From the NCBI GenBank assembly GCA_000004985.1, contig GG738850.1: a stretch of DNA of 64,000 nt. One strand, 5' to 3'. This DNA comes from Naegleria gruberi (lineage: Eukaryota). Below, in pieces: positions 11,704 to 24,101 of this stretch. Both the position numbers and the translations under genes were made by a program. A model generated the notes under the pieces. That model did not search any database, was not told where the DNA came from, and saw only the letters and a program-made list of their open reading frames with translations. Within the stretch, counting starts at the first letter, position 1. The number at the start of each line of letters is the position of its first letter.

Positions 11704-12135
11704 CACGTTGTAGTTTCAATTTAATATAAAAACTTGCTGATTCAGAAGATGGCTTATCAGAAAAGAAGGAAAATTCAATCCAAACCATGCATGGGTAATG
11801 AATGTAAAAAACAATATCTTGTTTTGTGTTCAGATTGGTAGAGTTTCGAAAGCTTTCACTTTTGGCCTTTTTTTTGATTTGTGAAATTGGATAATCCTTT
11901 GGATTCTCAAATAAATTCAAGCAACAATGATGAAAAATTGAGATGAATTTCTTAAAGTCCACATTAAATTCATTGTAAACTTGTTAAATTTACATCAAAA
12001 AGTGGTTTTGATAATTCGCCTCCAATTTTTTCAAATTATTTAAAAATTTAAATTTGCAATGTTTGAAAAAAAATTCTAAAAAAAAATAGCAAAAACACTA
12101 TCAAAGTAACAAAGCCACTAAGATTACATTAAAGA

Positions 12136-12948
12136 ATGGGATTTTTCGGATTCGGAGCAAAGCCTAAAGTTGAAAATGAAATGTTGGAAAATTTATTTGA
12201 TATTGAAACATTGAATAGAACTTCGTGTTGGTTTATTACTCGTCATTTGTACAAGACAAAGGATAGACAAATGAAGAATTACTATTACTCATGTTTGGAT
12301 ACCATGTTTAGGAAATTGGATTTATATCGAACGGATAAGCAAAAGAGTTACAATTGGCAATGTCAAACTTATCCCGATTACTTTATTGTACATTCGAATT
12401 TGATTGGAAAAAAGACAGTAATTAATCCAGAAACTGGAAAAGAAATGAGTTTGGAGGAAAGATACATTTCGATGGCTGAGTGCCAGACTTGTGAAACATG
12501 TCCAAAGAAAAAACTCAGAAAGGATGTTGTGGACGACAAGCTGAAACCTGCCTTGAGTGGTGCATTTCTCTCAACCTTCCCACAGGAATGGATTAAGGAA
12601 ATGAATGATAATTCCAATACCGATAAAGCCTATCTTCCATTGAATAAGAAGGAGGAATTACTGAACTCTTCTTATTGTAACCAATATCGACCAAGTAATC
12701 CAAACTTTGTGCCCTATGTGCAGAAAAACCCAACAGATTTTTACATTCCAACTAAGGAAAATTTTGAAATGGAGAAACAAGTTTTGAAATATCAATATTG
12801 CATCAATTCAGTTATGTGTGCCAAGACAATTCAAAAGTGTTTGAATAATTTGAAACAACACTCTGAGAATGGAATTATTGAGAACAAACATCTTTCTCAA
12901 TGTATGACCTTTGATCAAGATACTATTAAATGTATAAATTCAATTTGA
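12136..12948 (+). CDS. hypothetical Cys-rich protein, 270 aa
   Basis: ATG-initiated ORF with many Cys residues (…CQTCETCPKK…). I recognised no family. Confidence 0.45.
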   Translation: MGFFGFGAKPKVENEMLENLFDIETLNRTSCWFITRHLYKTKDRQMKNYYYSCLDTMFRKLDLYRTDKQKSYNWQCQTYPDYFIVHSNLIGKKTVINPETGKEMSLEERYISMAECQTCETCPKKKLRKDVVDDKLKPALSGAFLSTFPQEWIKEMNDNSNTDKAYLPLNKKEELLNSSYCNQYRPSNPNFVPYVQKNPTDFYIPTKENFEMEKQVLKYQYCINSVMCAKTIQKCLNNLKQHSENGIIENKHLSQCMTFDQDTIKCINSI

Positions 12949-13140
12949 TTTTATCTAATTCGAATTATTTGTTACAGTTTTAAAAATCAAATTAATGTCA
13001 AACATCTTCCTAGCTCATAATAATAAATTGAATTCTTTTAAGAGAATTAATTTTTTAATATATTTTATATAATTAACTAGGTATTAGATAAAAATTGTGT
13101 GAATGTGTGTGTTGTCGATTGTTGGTAATAAATTGGTCAT

Positions 13141-14126
13141 TTAGAACTTTCCTCCAAATTTGCCACCTCCTCTAGAAAATCCACCTCTGCCACCTCTATC
13201 GCCACCGAATCCACCACGGTCGCCACCGAAACCTCCACGGCCACCACCACGACCACCACCGAAACCACCACGGTCACCACCGAATCCACCACGACCACCT
13301 CTATCTCCACCAAATCCACCACGACCACCACCACGGCCACCTCTATCACCGAAACCACCTCTACCACCACCTCTGGATCCACCACGACCACCGAAACCTC
13401 CACGGCCTCCTCTTCCACCACGACCACCACCACCGGCCTTCTTTTCCTTTGGCATGAGTCTGTATGTGAATAAGGTCAGAAAAAAATTGAACGATTTACA
13501 AAAATACTTACGGATTCTTTGGTTCTGGAGGAATGAAACGATCCAATGGTAACAATCTCTTTGTATTCAGATAAGCTTCAGTACCCTTAGCAACGTTTCC
13601 TCTAAAGTTAGCATCCTTTTCCATAGAGAAATACTGTTGTTGTTGTGATTAGTTAAAACGATCAAATTTGAAACATACCACTTGGTTGATTGGTCCCAAA
13701 ACTTCCTTCAATTTACCGATTAAGGTCTTATCTTTAGTATATACATTGGAGTTACACAATGGAACGAGCTTTTCACCATCGAGAACAGACTTGAACAAGA
13801 ATTCTGTTCCAGCAGGCTTTTCAAATTGACCAGCAACTGTATTTCCACAACCAATAACAATTTACACATTTTGAAACATTTCACAAAATAATTTCATCAA
13901 CATCAACAATAAATTTGAACACATTTTCAAAGATTTGATACTAACACTTAATTTCTTCTGGTGGGAATTCTTCACCTCCTCTTCCACCGGAGCCACCAAA
14001 TCCACCTCTACCACCACCACGACCGCCTCCACGGCCACCACCTCTACCACCAAATCCACCTCTACCACCTCTATCACCACCAAATCCACCACGACCACCT
14101 CCACGAGAACCTCCTCTGAATGACAT
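13141..14126 (-). CDS. GAR1: H/ACA snoRNP protein GAR1 (about 259 aa); exons 13946..14126, 13679..13836, 13512..13633, 13141..13459; introns 102 nt, 45 nt, 52 nt
   Basis: N-terminal GAR domain MSFRGGSRGGGRGGFGG… Core …AGQFEKPAGTEFLFKSVLDGEKLVPLCNSNVYTKDKTLIGKLKEVLGPINQVYFSMEKDANFRGNVAKGTEAYLNTKRLLPLDRFIPPEPK aligns with yeast/human Gar1 (…GKVDEILGPLNEVFF…KLLP+ERFLP). C-terminal GAR domain (RGG/FGG repeats). Junctions use GTTAGT/GTATGT/GTAAGT donors and AG acceptors and keep reading phase. Confidence 0.8.
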
Positions 14127-14630
14127 TTTTTATATTTTTTTTGAAAACGAAAAATGAGAAATTTTTTCTCAAAGAACAAGCAATTTTTTGCTTCAAGAAG
14201 AATTTTGAGAAAAATTTAAAGAAGGCTTTGATTCAAGAAAACATCACATCAATATTATTATTATCATGAAGAATAATAGACAACGTATTGGAGAGTAGGT
14301 TTTTTTTTCAAAGTGAATCATCGGATGATGATGAATTATTGATGATGATTTGATGATAATTTTGATGATGAAATTTGTTGTTGTTGATGTGGTGATGATG
14401 AAATTATTCAGATCGAATATTAATTGGGTGGAAGCTGCTTTGGGAATTGGTAAGAATAGAAGAAAGGTTTGTTATTTCATCTATTTTATCTCTAATCTTT
14501 TCTTTAATAATATATTAAATAATAATATTTAATTATTAAATATAATATAACAATGAGAGGATAGACTGTCGGATTTGGAGCCTACAATAAGAAAACAAAA
14601 GAATATGAGGATGAATTCTACATTCGTGAA

Positions 14631-15299
14631 ATGTCCATCATTGATGCAGGTATTGGATGTGCCTTGTGGGATGCAGCCATCATCATGACTCGATACATTT
14701 ATGAATTTGGAGATTTGATATTCAAGGATCGTAAAGTAATGGAATTGGGAGCTGGTGTTGCATTGTGTGGAGTTTGTGCAGCTCGTTTTGCATCCACTTG
14801 TTATATTACTGATTTGCCTCACTTGATGGATAATATGAAATTCAATTTGAAGGCCAATTCTGATTTTGACGAAACTGATGAGAATACCAAATGTAAAACT
14901 GAGAAAATTAAGGAACAAAAGGAAAATATGCAAAAAAGTGGAAAAGTTGTAGAGCTTGATTGGTACAAGATTTATAATGAAATTCCAAAAGCTATGGAAC
15001 AAATTGCTAGAGGTGAAACACCAATTTTGGAAGTACCAGACAAGTGTGAAATTATTATTGGAAGTGAATTGACCTATACAGGAGATGAAAAGACAGTAGA
15101 GGCATTGATGAAAGTTATTGATACATTTATGGATGAGAAGGGAGTCTTTTTGGAAATTTTGAGTGATGATCGTGATGGTGTTTCATATTTTGTGGATCAA
15201 ATTACAAACCCTGAACGATACAATTATGTAATCAAGGTTTTCAAAGTTCATAGTAGATATATGGGTAATTTTGGAACTGGTCAAAGAGATGAAACATAG
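14631..15299 (+). CDS. class I SAM-dependent protein-lysine methyltransferase, METTL21/FAM86-like (Methyltransf_16)
   Basis: …GIGCALWDAAIIMTRYIYEFGDLIFKDRKVMELGAGVALCGVCAA…YITDL… matches the VWDAA…ELGAGTGLVG signature. The in-frame upstream sequence YEDEFYIRE also looks coding but is preceded by TAG. The start may lie in an upstream exon, with a possible GTAAGA donor at about 14449. Confidence 0.65.
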   Translation: MSIIDAGIGCALWDAAIIMTRYIYEFGDLIFKDRKVMELGAGVALCGVCAARFASTCYITDLPHLMDNMKFNLKANSDFDETDENTKCKTEKIKEQKENMQKSGKVVELDWYKIYNEIPKAMEQIARGETPILEVPDKCEIIIGSELTYTGDEKTVEALMKVIDTFMDEKGVFLEILSDDRDGVSYFVDQITNPERYNYVIKVFKVHSRYMGNFGTGQRDET

Positions 15300-15436
15300 T
15301 AAGTAGTAGAATGTTGATCATTTTTTTGCTAATCAACTATTCCAGTAAATTTTATCTTTTAACTAGAAAGGAAAATGAAAATGGTGAATTATTCCTCAAG
15401 ATGTGTGAGACTCTCCAAAATGATCAATAAATTTAT

Positions 15437-16140
15437 TTACATTCCTTGAGCCTTGAGAATGAGATTATCTTGATTGGCATCTTCGGCAATTTCTCTTAAC
15501 AATCTAATCAAGTTGATGTACTAAATTAAAGAAATGTTTTTAAAGAATGGAAATACATTTTTGGATATAATTTGAGGTTCTTTTTGATTACTTACATTTT
15601 CCTTAGATGTGACACCAACAACTGATGATTATTAATTTTAAATTTCAATATTCAATAATTAATGTCGTCAGCTCGTATTGGATCATGAAATTACTTACAT
15701 TTGGTATCTTCGTCCCATCCATTTCTTTGAATAGAGACTTGCTTTCCTTCCCAAAAGAATACAATGGCAGGACAAGCCTTTACATTGCATTCCAAAGCAA
15801 ATTGAATATTTTCTGTTGGATCCAAAATAAATATTTGAGCATAGCTCACAGAATCTCCCATACGAATTTCCTCAAAGCCTTATATTATTTAAATAAATTA
15901 TTAAATTCCATCATTGATTATTATTTTTAAATTCCAATAATATTAATGATTTTCATCCCATCATTAAATTCTCCAATTTATGGTTCGATATTAAGAAAAC
16001 CTACACTTTGCTAATCCTCTAGAAATTGGAGAGAATGGTTCAGCAAAACAACAAACGATCAATTTCATGTCTGATTTTGAGAGTAGCGAATCCCGAACTA
16101 AATCAGAGACATCCCACCGAATAGAAACACTTTCTGTCAT
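15437..16140 (-). CDS. thioredoxin-fold DIM1/TXNL4-like protein, multi-exon (about 4 exons, approximate structure)
   Basis: Exon …SVSYAQIFILDPTENIQFALECNVKACPAIVFFWEGKQVSIQRNGWDEDTK resembles DIM1 (…FAVIYLVDITEVPDFNKMYELYDPCTVMFFFRNKHIMIDLGTGNNNK). Flanking exons are MTESVSIRWDVSDLVRDSLLSKSDMKLIVCCF… and …FVGVTSKENYINLIRLLREIAEDANQ…GM*. The ORF track shows no long ORF here. Confidence 0.45.
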
Positions 16141-16255
16141 TTTTTATTATTAATTGAGGTTCTTTGAGATGAAAAGTGTACAATTTTGGCGCCAAAATTT
16201 TGGAATGAAGCGTTTTACTAAGGCCAAGTAAGGAATCGATTCGTTCTTAATGTAA

Positions 16256-16318
16256 TCGGGTGTGGTAGCATTCCAGACTGTCACTCTGGCGACCCGGGTT
16301 CAATTCCCGGCACTCGAG
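16256..16318 (+). tRNA. tRNA-Asp(GTC)-like element, only 63 nt, with most of the D-arm missing (possible tRNA pseudogene or tRNA-derived element)
   Basis: Acceptor TCGGGTG/CACTCGA (7 bp incl. G·U). Anticodon arm CCAGA-CTGTCAC-TCTGG with GTC at positions 34–36. T-arm CCGGG-TTCAATT-CCCGG. Discriminator G. Between the acceptor and anticodon stems only GTAGCATT is present, versus about 17 nt in a canonical tRNA. Confidence 0.35.
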
Positions 16319-16678
16319 ATTAATTTTTGACACTATCTACAATATTTAAATTTTAACTTTTTCATAATAGGAGGAATGATATATGATCTAGCTAATTTTC
16401 AATTATCAAAGTTTCAACTTTTAAAACCATCGAGAAAATAATCAAAGATTTGCCACTTTCATTTTCCGTAACAATATCACAACTCGAAACAATTCTATCC
16501 ACCAATCTTTAAATTGTCTCAATCCTACTCTCGATGTGCAAGTTCATTCAATAAAAAAACACAATTTCCAAGAAAACAACTATTATTGATTCAAGAGGGT
16601 ATAAGCTTTATGAAAAACAAATATAATAGGGTTATAATTTTGAAATATTCAATACATTTAGTTTAAACGTTTATTCAA

Positions 16679-19600
16679 TTAAACACTATAACTTAACATT
16701 TCCACTTGAGCGTTAGGATCCCCAACTACTGGAACCTCATAGACAGGACCCTTTCTTCTCTTACAACAATCCCACTTCAATTTTAATAAGACAACAATAA
16801 AAACAAAGACTGTACATAATAAACAAGTGAAACCAAGAATTGTTCCAAGAATTATACCCAAATATCGATCTTCTGCTATTGGTGTGGAAACCTTTACAAC
16901 CTTTTCAAGAATATTTTCAATAATCATAGTGCTTGTTGTAGAGTTGCATTTACAAGTTGCGGTAGAGTTGGAGCTCACCACAACAACACAGGATGGATCA
17001 ACTCCAACAGTGAAATTCTTAAATGTTCTACATAATAATTCTGAAGATCTATACACTTTTGTAATTACATTTTTGTTTGATTGAGTGGATTTAGTTGTGG
17101 AAATCAAAGAGTTGCTTGGATAATTCTTGACGTTAGATATTGTCATATTATAAGTGATTGGAGTCAATACATCTGCAGTGGATTCCAATAATTCAAAGAA
17201 TAAGACATTGCTTCTAAGAAACATGGTAGAAGATATTGATGTTTCAATCTTAGATGTGTTCACAGTGATGGTGCTATCACTTAACACCACCTTAGCGGCA
17301 ACAGTGTCAGAAATACCAAATATATCGTTGGAGGAAATTGAAATAAAGGAAATAGACTTTCTGTTAGATTTTTCGCTCAAGTAGAGAGGCATTTCTGGAG
17401 GCAACAAAACAACAGCACCTTCAAGTGGTGATGTTAATCTTGATTCAAAACCTGCTCTAAAGAGCTTGTTGGATGAAATTGAAGCAAAGACTGTCTTCAA
17501 TTGTAAATCTCTTTCACCAATGTAAATACCTCTCAACATTAAATTAGAAACACGTTTCAGCATTGTGTAGAGAGAACTGAGTTGGTCTGATGCTTGTAAC
17601 TGATTGTATGTAATATAATTGTAGATAGAATTCAAGATATTGGTCAATAACTTGTCAACTCCAAAAGGAACTCTAAGCTCCTTATTATATTCGCAGAATT
17701 TAAGTAAGGTGTTAACAATATCATAGGCCTTTTCCATACTATGTCCATCCAATTCATCATACTTTTCAATCAATGAATCCAAACCGTATGCTTGAAGAGT
17801 CAAGTAGGTTTCTGTAATAATTTCATATGGATTTCTAGCGTCGAATGTTTGAATAAATTCATCCATCAAGGCAACTCTGATTTCCTTATAGGCAGCAAAA
17901 TCTTCCTCTGTAACACTGCAATCTGCCTTTTCAAATCCAGATGCACATGAACATCTATTGGTTTCAGTAATAAGAGTTCCTCCATTTTGACAAACGAGCT
18001 TCACATCTCTTCTTCTTGCACCACTGGTAATCTTTGTTAGCATACCATCAGCGACTCTTGAAATTGTTGCAGAGTTGAAAACCATCTTGGCTGTATCACC
18101 ATCTTTGAGTGAATTTTGAATTGTACTGTAAGAGGCAACCTTCTTTTTAACTTCCACGACACTCTTTACAGCTGCAAGATCAATGGTAATGTCCTTTTTG
18201 ATTTCAGTGTAGGCACCAGTGGATTTATCTGTTATTCTAATGTATGTGGTGACGATCTTGTTAGAAAGTGGTGTGTATGAACATGGCAGCTTGGTTGAAT
18301 AGACTTCTCCGTTTTGATAAAGTGGAATATTAGCACCTGATTTGTCATCAATAAAACCATAGACCACTTGAAGGGTCTTTTGAGCGTTTTGACAATTGGT
18401 ACATGCGAATGAGAAACTAGTTTCTAAGGCAATACCTGATGAAGGAGAAACAGTGCATGGACAAGCTTGAGGTGGAGCAGCAATTTGGAAAGAGTATGAA
18501 TAGACAGCACTCAATCCATTTCTAATATCAGTTACCTTCAAGGACAAGACATAGGTAGCTCCATCTTCCAACGTTGCAGGATCAATAACAACAGAGTTGG
18601 ATAGTGTTGGGCTGGAAGTCATTTTAGAGATAACTGCTTCACCATTTGAAAGTATCTTTGAATTCAAAGTCCATTCTCTGCTAATATACTGATCAATTCC
18701 AACAGATTCTCCATTGGCAGTGACTGCAAGTTGCAAGTTAACAATATCTTGTTTCAAAATGACAGTCTTAGTTGGGACAACTGAAATAAGTGTAACGGTT
18801 GGAGGAACTTTCTTACTTTCAGGGAAAACAAAATCAAGAGTAGTTTGAACTGATCTTATTCCCTTAACAACCGAGAGGGTTAATTTAAGAGTTGGCATCG
18901 AGTTGTAAACTTTGAGGTCAGCTGAGGAAATTAAAGGTCTAACAGTTCTATCATTTGAATACGAGATAAGGGCAGAATCAATAGTTGTTCCACACCCAAC
19001 ATTATTAGTTGCATCGAAGCAAGACCATGTCCATGTTTCAGCCTCAGATGTGACATCAGGATCAACAAGATTGACAACAATAGTACCCATATCGGAAGAT
19101 ACTTCATCACTATATAAAATTAAGCTCAAAGGGCTTGGTCTAACAGTAATCTTAATGGTGTCGGATGCAGTCGAAAGAGGATTCACCACTGAAGTTACAG
19201 TGATTTTGAATTCATAGACGGCTTCAACCAGACCAGAAAAGTGGGTGACTGCCAAGTTGTTAAACTTGTCTGTTTCAAAAGTTGTAACTGGACCTGATAA
19301 TTGTTCCCAGACAATGTTTAATTGTTGGTTTGGATAGAAGCAACTTGGAAGCTCCAAATGCTTCTTAATGACAACAGGAGATTCATACTTGATAATAGTT
19401 CTGTCATTGAAACCAATAATGTATAGCACTGGAAGTGGAACGGCTGCCTTTGAAACACTCCAAATACTCATAGTACTGACCTTTCCAGATATTGAGCTTT
19501 CTACTTGAAGACCGAACTTGTACTCACCAGGATATTGCATTGCAATGTAATCAAGAGACAAAACTGAGGTGTTAGGCATAGAGACAGAAAGGAAATTACT

Positions 19601-22600
19601 TGGAGAAGAAACAATTGTCCAATAATATTTCAATGGCTTTCTATCTCCAGAATAAGAAGCAGAGGCATCCAGACTAAAGTTATCGCAAGTACCAATATTA
19701 TTCAGACCAGAAAAGACGACAACTGGTATTGCTGGATTATCGGCATTCAAAACATATACATCTTGTAAATCAGTACCACTGGCATCAAATACCAGTCTAT
19801 TCATTCCAACAACTGCTCCTGGCATTAAGGAATAATCATCTCCAAAGAGAATTGTAAATTCACCACTACCTCTATTTGTCCACATGCATACAGGACCAGT
19901 ACCAAACAAGGATAATTGGGAGCTTGAAATTAATCTTGAACAATCAACTTTTGATTGAGTATAAGAAGCAGGACCAATAACTTTGAAAACAATGCCATTA
20001 AACATGTCCAAGAATTTGGCAGGACCGAATATTTGAGTTGAACATTGTGAACCATAATAACCAGTTTGACACTTGTTACAATTGGATCCTTCCCAATACC
20101 CTTCAGTTGGACTAGCATAACAAGAGCATGTTCCATTATTGGTACAATCTCCATGGTTAGAACATGTTGTTGATTTTTCACAAAATGTTCCACAATCAGA
20201 ATTAGGATTGTAATAGTTGGTCTTGCAAACGGAACAGAACTTTCCGTCCCAATTACCATTGCAAACACATTGGAGAGCTGAATTACAATAGCCATGTTGG
20301 TTACAAGTAGTAGCAGGATCACACTTGAGCTTCTTACATCCTGTTAATTCAGTTTCATAGTCAAGTCTACAAACATCACAATAGGTTCCTTGCCAATAAC
20401 CATCTTGATTATTTTGATTGCAAGAACATGTGTTGTAATCTGTACAATTACCCTGTCCACTGCAGACACCAGATTGATCGAACCTAATATTATTACAAGT
20501 GTAATATTGACAATAATCACCAGAGTATCCTGTACTGCATTGGCATCCAGTGGAACTACAAATACCCTTTCCATTACATACTCTTGAGTCTGTTGAAACA
20601 ACAAATGTATTCTCCTTACTCAAACATTGAAGATATTGACATTGATTTCCAGTGACTTTAGAAAGAGCAGTTGGAGCTGGGCAATTACATACATTAGGTG
20701 ATGAACAGACACCTTTTCCACTACAAACATTGGAATCATTTGCAGGCTTTCCAAAACAAACTGGAATTTCACATGTGGCTCCAATGTATCCATTATTGCA
20801 AGAGCAAGTATTTGGAGCTGTGCAGGTTCCATTTGAGCTTGAACAAACTTTTGAATTATTAGCTAAAATTCCAAAACAGATTGGAATATCACAAGTAAAG
20901 CCAGTATATCCTGAAATGCATTGGCAAGAATCTGGAGCTGAACAAATCCCTTTTCCTGAACAAACTGAACTTGAATTTGACAGAATGTCATAACATTTTT
21001 TGTGTTCACAGGCCTCTCCTGCATAACCTTGTTTGCAGGTGCAATTGTTTTGACCTACACAATAGCCATTACCTGAACAAGCTTGAGGGTTCAAGCTTGC
21101 GATTCCGTAGCAAGTAAAAGTACCTGGAATGATAAACTCACAATTATCTCCATAAAATCCTGCGAGACAACTGCAATTATTGACAGATACACATGCACCT
21201 CTGGATGAGCAAACAGAAGAAGAATTGAACATGGTTCCATTGCAGGTATGATGTTGGCAGTCATTACCAGTGTAGTTCTTGTTGCAAGAACAAACACCAG
21301 ATAGACAAATACCATTAAAGGAACAAACTGATGGATCTTCGGCTGTTTTACCATTGCATTTCACATTTTGGCAATCATTTCCGTATGTTGAGGAATTACA
21401 ATTACAAACTCCTGAAATGCATTGACCTGCATAAGAACAAACAGATGGATCTTCAGCAGTCTTTCCATTACATTTGATAAATTGACAGTCATTACCATAG
21501 TTGGAGGAAGAGCAGGTACAAGCTCCTTGATAACAAGTGCCATTGGAGGAACAAACACTTGGATCGACTGCTGTTTTTCCATTACATTTCATGAGTTGAC
21601 AGTCAGATCCGTAAGTGGTGGCGTTACAGCTACATGTTCCAGAAATACATTGACCTGCATAAGAACAAACAGAGGGATCTTCAGCAGTTTTACCATTACA
21701 TTTGATAAATTGGCAATCATTACCGTAGTTAGTTGAAGAACAGGTACAAACACCTGAGGAGCATGTTCCATTCGATGAACATACTGTTGCGTTTTCTGCT
21801 GTTTTTCCATTACATTTCAAGAATTGACAATCGTTACCATATGTAGTTGAATTACAATTACACACTCCAGAAATACATTGACCAGATGAGGAGCAAACAG
21901 TGGAATCATTAATCATCTTTCCATTGCACTTCAACATTTCACATTGGTTACCATAAACAGTTGAGTTTACACAGGAACAAACGTCCTGAGCAATGCAAGA
22001 ACCCATTCCACTGCAAACACTTTGACTACCGGCAGAAATTCCAAAACATGTAAAGAGACTTCCTGAACAATCATTTCCAAAGAATCCTGTATTGCAAGTG
22101 CAATTATCAGTTGAAATGCAAGAACCATGGCCAGAGCAAACTAGAGTTTCATTGCTCATGACACCACTACATTTCCAAACTTCACAATCAGATCCATAAA
22201 AACCAGAAGAACAATTACAAGTGCCAGTTAATGCATTACAATCACCACGTGAATGACAAACTGAAGAATCATTGGCAAACTTTCCATTACACTTGGAAAA
22301 CTCGCATTCATTACCGTAGAAATCAGATCTGCAAGCACAAGTGTCCAATCTGATGCAATCACCTCTGGAATTACAAACTGAAGAATCATTGGCAAGCTTT
22401 CCAAAGCAAGATGGCTTATCACAGAGAGGACCTGTCCATCCTGGCTCACATTGACACTTATCAGTGCCAACACAAGAGCCATGTACACAACCTGGATTAC
22501 AAGACAAACTACAATTTGCAGTTATGATACCATCTTCACATTGACACAAATTATTGCCAGCACAAATACCATGACCACTGCAATAATTCAAAGCGCTGCA

Positions 22601-23723
22601 ATCAAATTGATCACCAACATAGAGAGACGCAGTTGTAAAAGCAGCATTTTCACAAGCATACTTGTAGGCAAGTTTTCTTCTTGGATGGGAGCAAACATTT
22701 GTTCCCTTTCCACCCATTCCATGATAGGCACCTGTTTGACTTCCACCAATACCAATGTAGGCATCAAGTTTTCCACTCTCAACACAAGAGGCATTTGAAG
22801 AGGTTACAACACCAAATCTCACTTTCAAATAATTACTATTTCCCATGTTGAATCCAATTAATTTGTTGGCACAATATTTGGCAGATGTGTAATCTGGAGC
22901 TAGAGAATAGAAATTTCTAGCAGTTCTCAAAGATCCTGGAACTACTCTGGATTGATAAGTTTCATCAGAGAACGCTTCTAACAATGACTTTTTGTTAACT
23001 GTAAAAACAGCAGTATTGGTCTTGTTAGACTCGACAATGAATCCGTCATGATCCAAAACAAAAGCTGTCTTAACTGTTGTCATTTTCAAAGAGTGAGCAA
23101 CATGTTTAGTAAAAGCCAAAGTCTTCAAATTAGTATATTGATATCCAATACTTCCAACTGTGGCGTTATTGGTCCAATATTGACTAGAATAGGAGAAGGT
23201 TGCATCAGATCCATCCTTCAAATCCAAAGCAAGAGCCCAAGCACCTATATTTTAACACAAAGGAGCCTTGTTAAATATGAAGAAGGAATAATAACATACC
23301 CTTTGATGAAACATCAAACAAGCACTTGGTTTGATAAGTAACCTTATTGTTATTTCCATCCAAAAGGAACAAGTAGAACAAGTTTCCAGAGATACTTGAC
23401 ACTGACTCTCCCTTACTCAAATAATAATCTCTGATGGCACCACAACTTACAGCAGCGGTATCAGCAGAAGATCCATTAGAGACTTTCAATTTGAGTGTAG
23501 TAAAAGAATCAATCATCCACTGACCCAAATTATCGGAAGGAGAAGAAGCAGCAATTATAGAACAGTTAAATAAAACAATTAATGCAATAATGGCCATAAT
23601 CATGGAGGCGCTTAATAAATTGGAGAATGATTTCTTCAACCTATTGAAACCACCATCATCATCACAGCGTTGAACTTTGTTGCTCAAATGAGGACACGTA
23701 AAATGTCCCCTCATTGAATTCAT
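16679..23723 (-). CDS. giant type I membrane protein (about 2329 aa): signal peptide, about 30 tenascin-type EGF-like repeats, about 900-aa extracellular module with a degenerate GPS-like Cys motif, one C-terminal TM helix, short cytoplasmic tail; exon 1 23300..23723, 55-nt intron 23245..23299 (AAGG|GTATGT…ATATAG), exon 2 16679..23244
   Basis: Exon 1 has a hydrophobic signal (MIMAIIALIVLFNCSIIAASS). Exon 2 has dozens of CxxxxxCxCxxGYxGxxC units. Near the C-terminus there is …CRTFKNFTVGVDPSCVVVVSSNSTATCKCNSTTST… and the TM segment LGIILGTILGFTCLLCTVFVFIVVLL, then KLKWDCCKRRKGPVYEV…. The splice is phase 1 on both sides and removes an in-frame stop. Confidence 0.8.
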
Positions 23724-24101
23724 TTTTTTTTACACTTGAATCTTTGCAATTTGCGCGGGAGGAAAGGATGCAAATGTTTTTGGTCTTAATTTCCCAAAGG
23801 AAACATACTTGCTGAATATAAAGCATGGAGACGAAGAAAGATTCTGAAAAAGTTAAGGCTGTCTTGTTTCTTGCTTCGTAATAATCGTTGAAAAAATAAC
23901 AACTTTTTTCCTTAATTATTTTGTGTACAATTAAGAACTGAAGGTGATTAAGGTAAGCTTTACTTTTATAATGGACCCTCCTCATCCCGCCAAAATACTC
24001 TCTAATGAAAAGTCATCATATGCGAGTCTTAATTAAAAAAAATACCTCTGAGAGAGTACACCCACCACAATCAATAATATATTTTCATACCTCGCGAAAT
24101 T
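23724..24101. promoter_or_regulatory. 378-bp shared intergenic region between the two divergently transcribed EGF-repeat genes (putative bidirectional promoter)
   Basis: ATG of the minus-strand gene is at 23723 and ATG of the plus-strand gene is at 24102. The intervening sequence is AT-rich and non-coding. Confidence 0.4.

Noticed and set aside
13137-14179. Val-rich ORFs and the Pro-rich ORF 13160..13552 (MPPPLENPPLPPLSPPNPPRSPP…) overlapping GAR1
   Set aside because: These are out-of-frame or antisense readings of the GGT/CGT/GGA (RGG/FGG) repeat DNA of the GAR domains. GAR1 on the minus strand explains the locus completely.
19930-22800. Numerous 60–130-aa ORFs on the plus strand inside the giant minus-strand EGF-repeat gene, and the reciprocal ones inside the 24102..27674 gene
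   Set aside because: These are antisense artefacts of Cys/Gly/Asn/Thr-rich repeats. TGT, TGC, GGT, AAT and ACT codons have no stop-forming complements. They have low-complexity composition, no independent starts and overlap a 2182-aa in-phase ORF.
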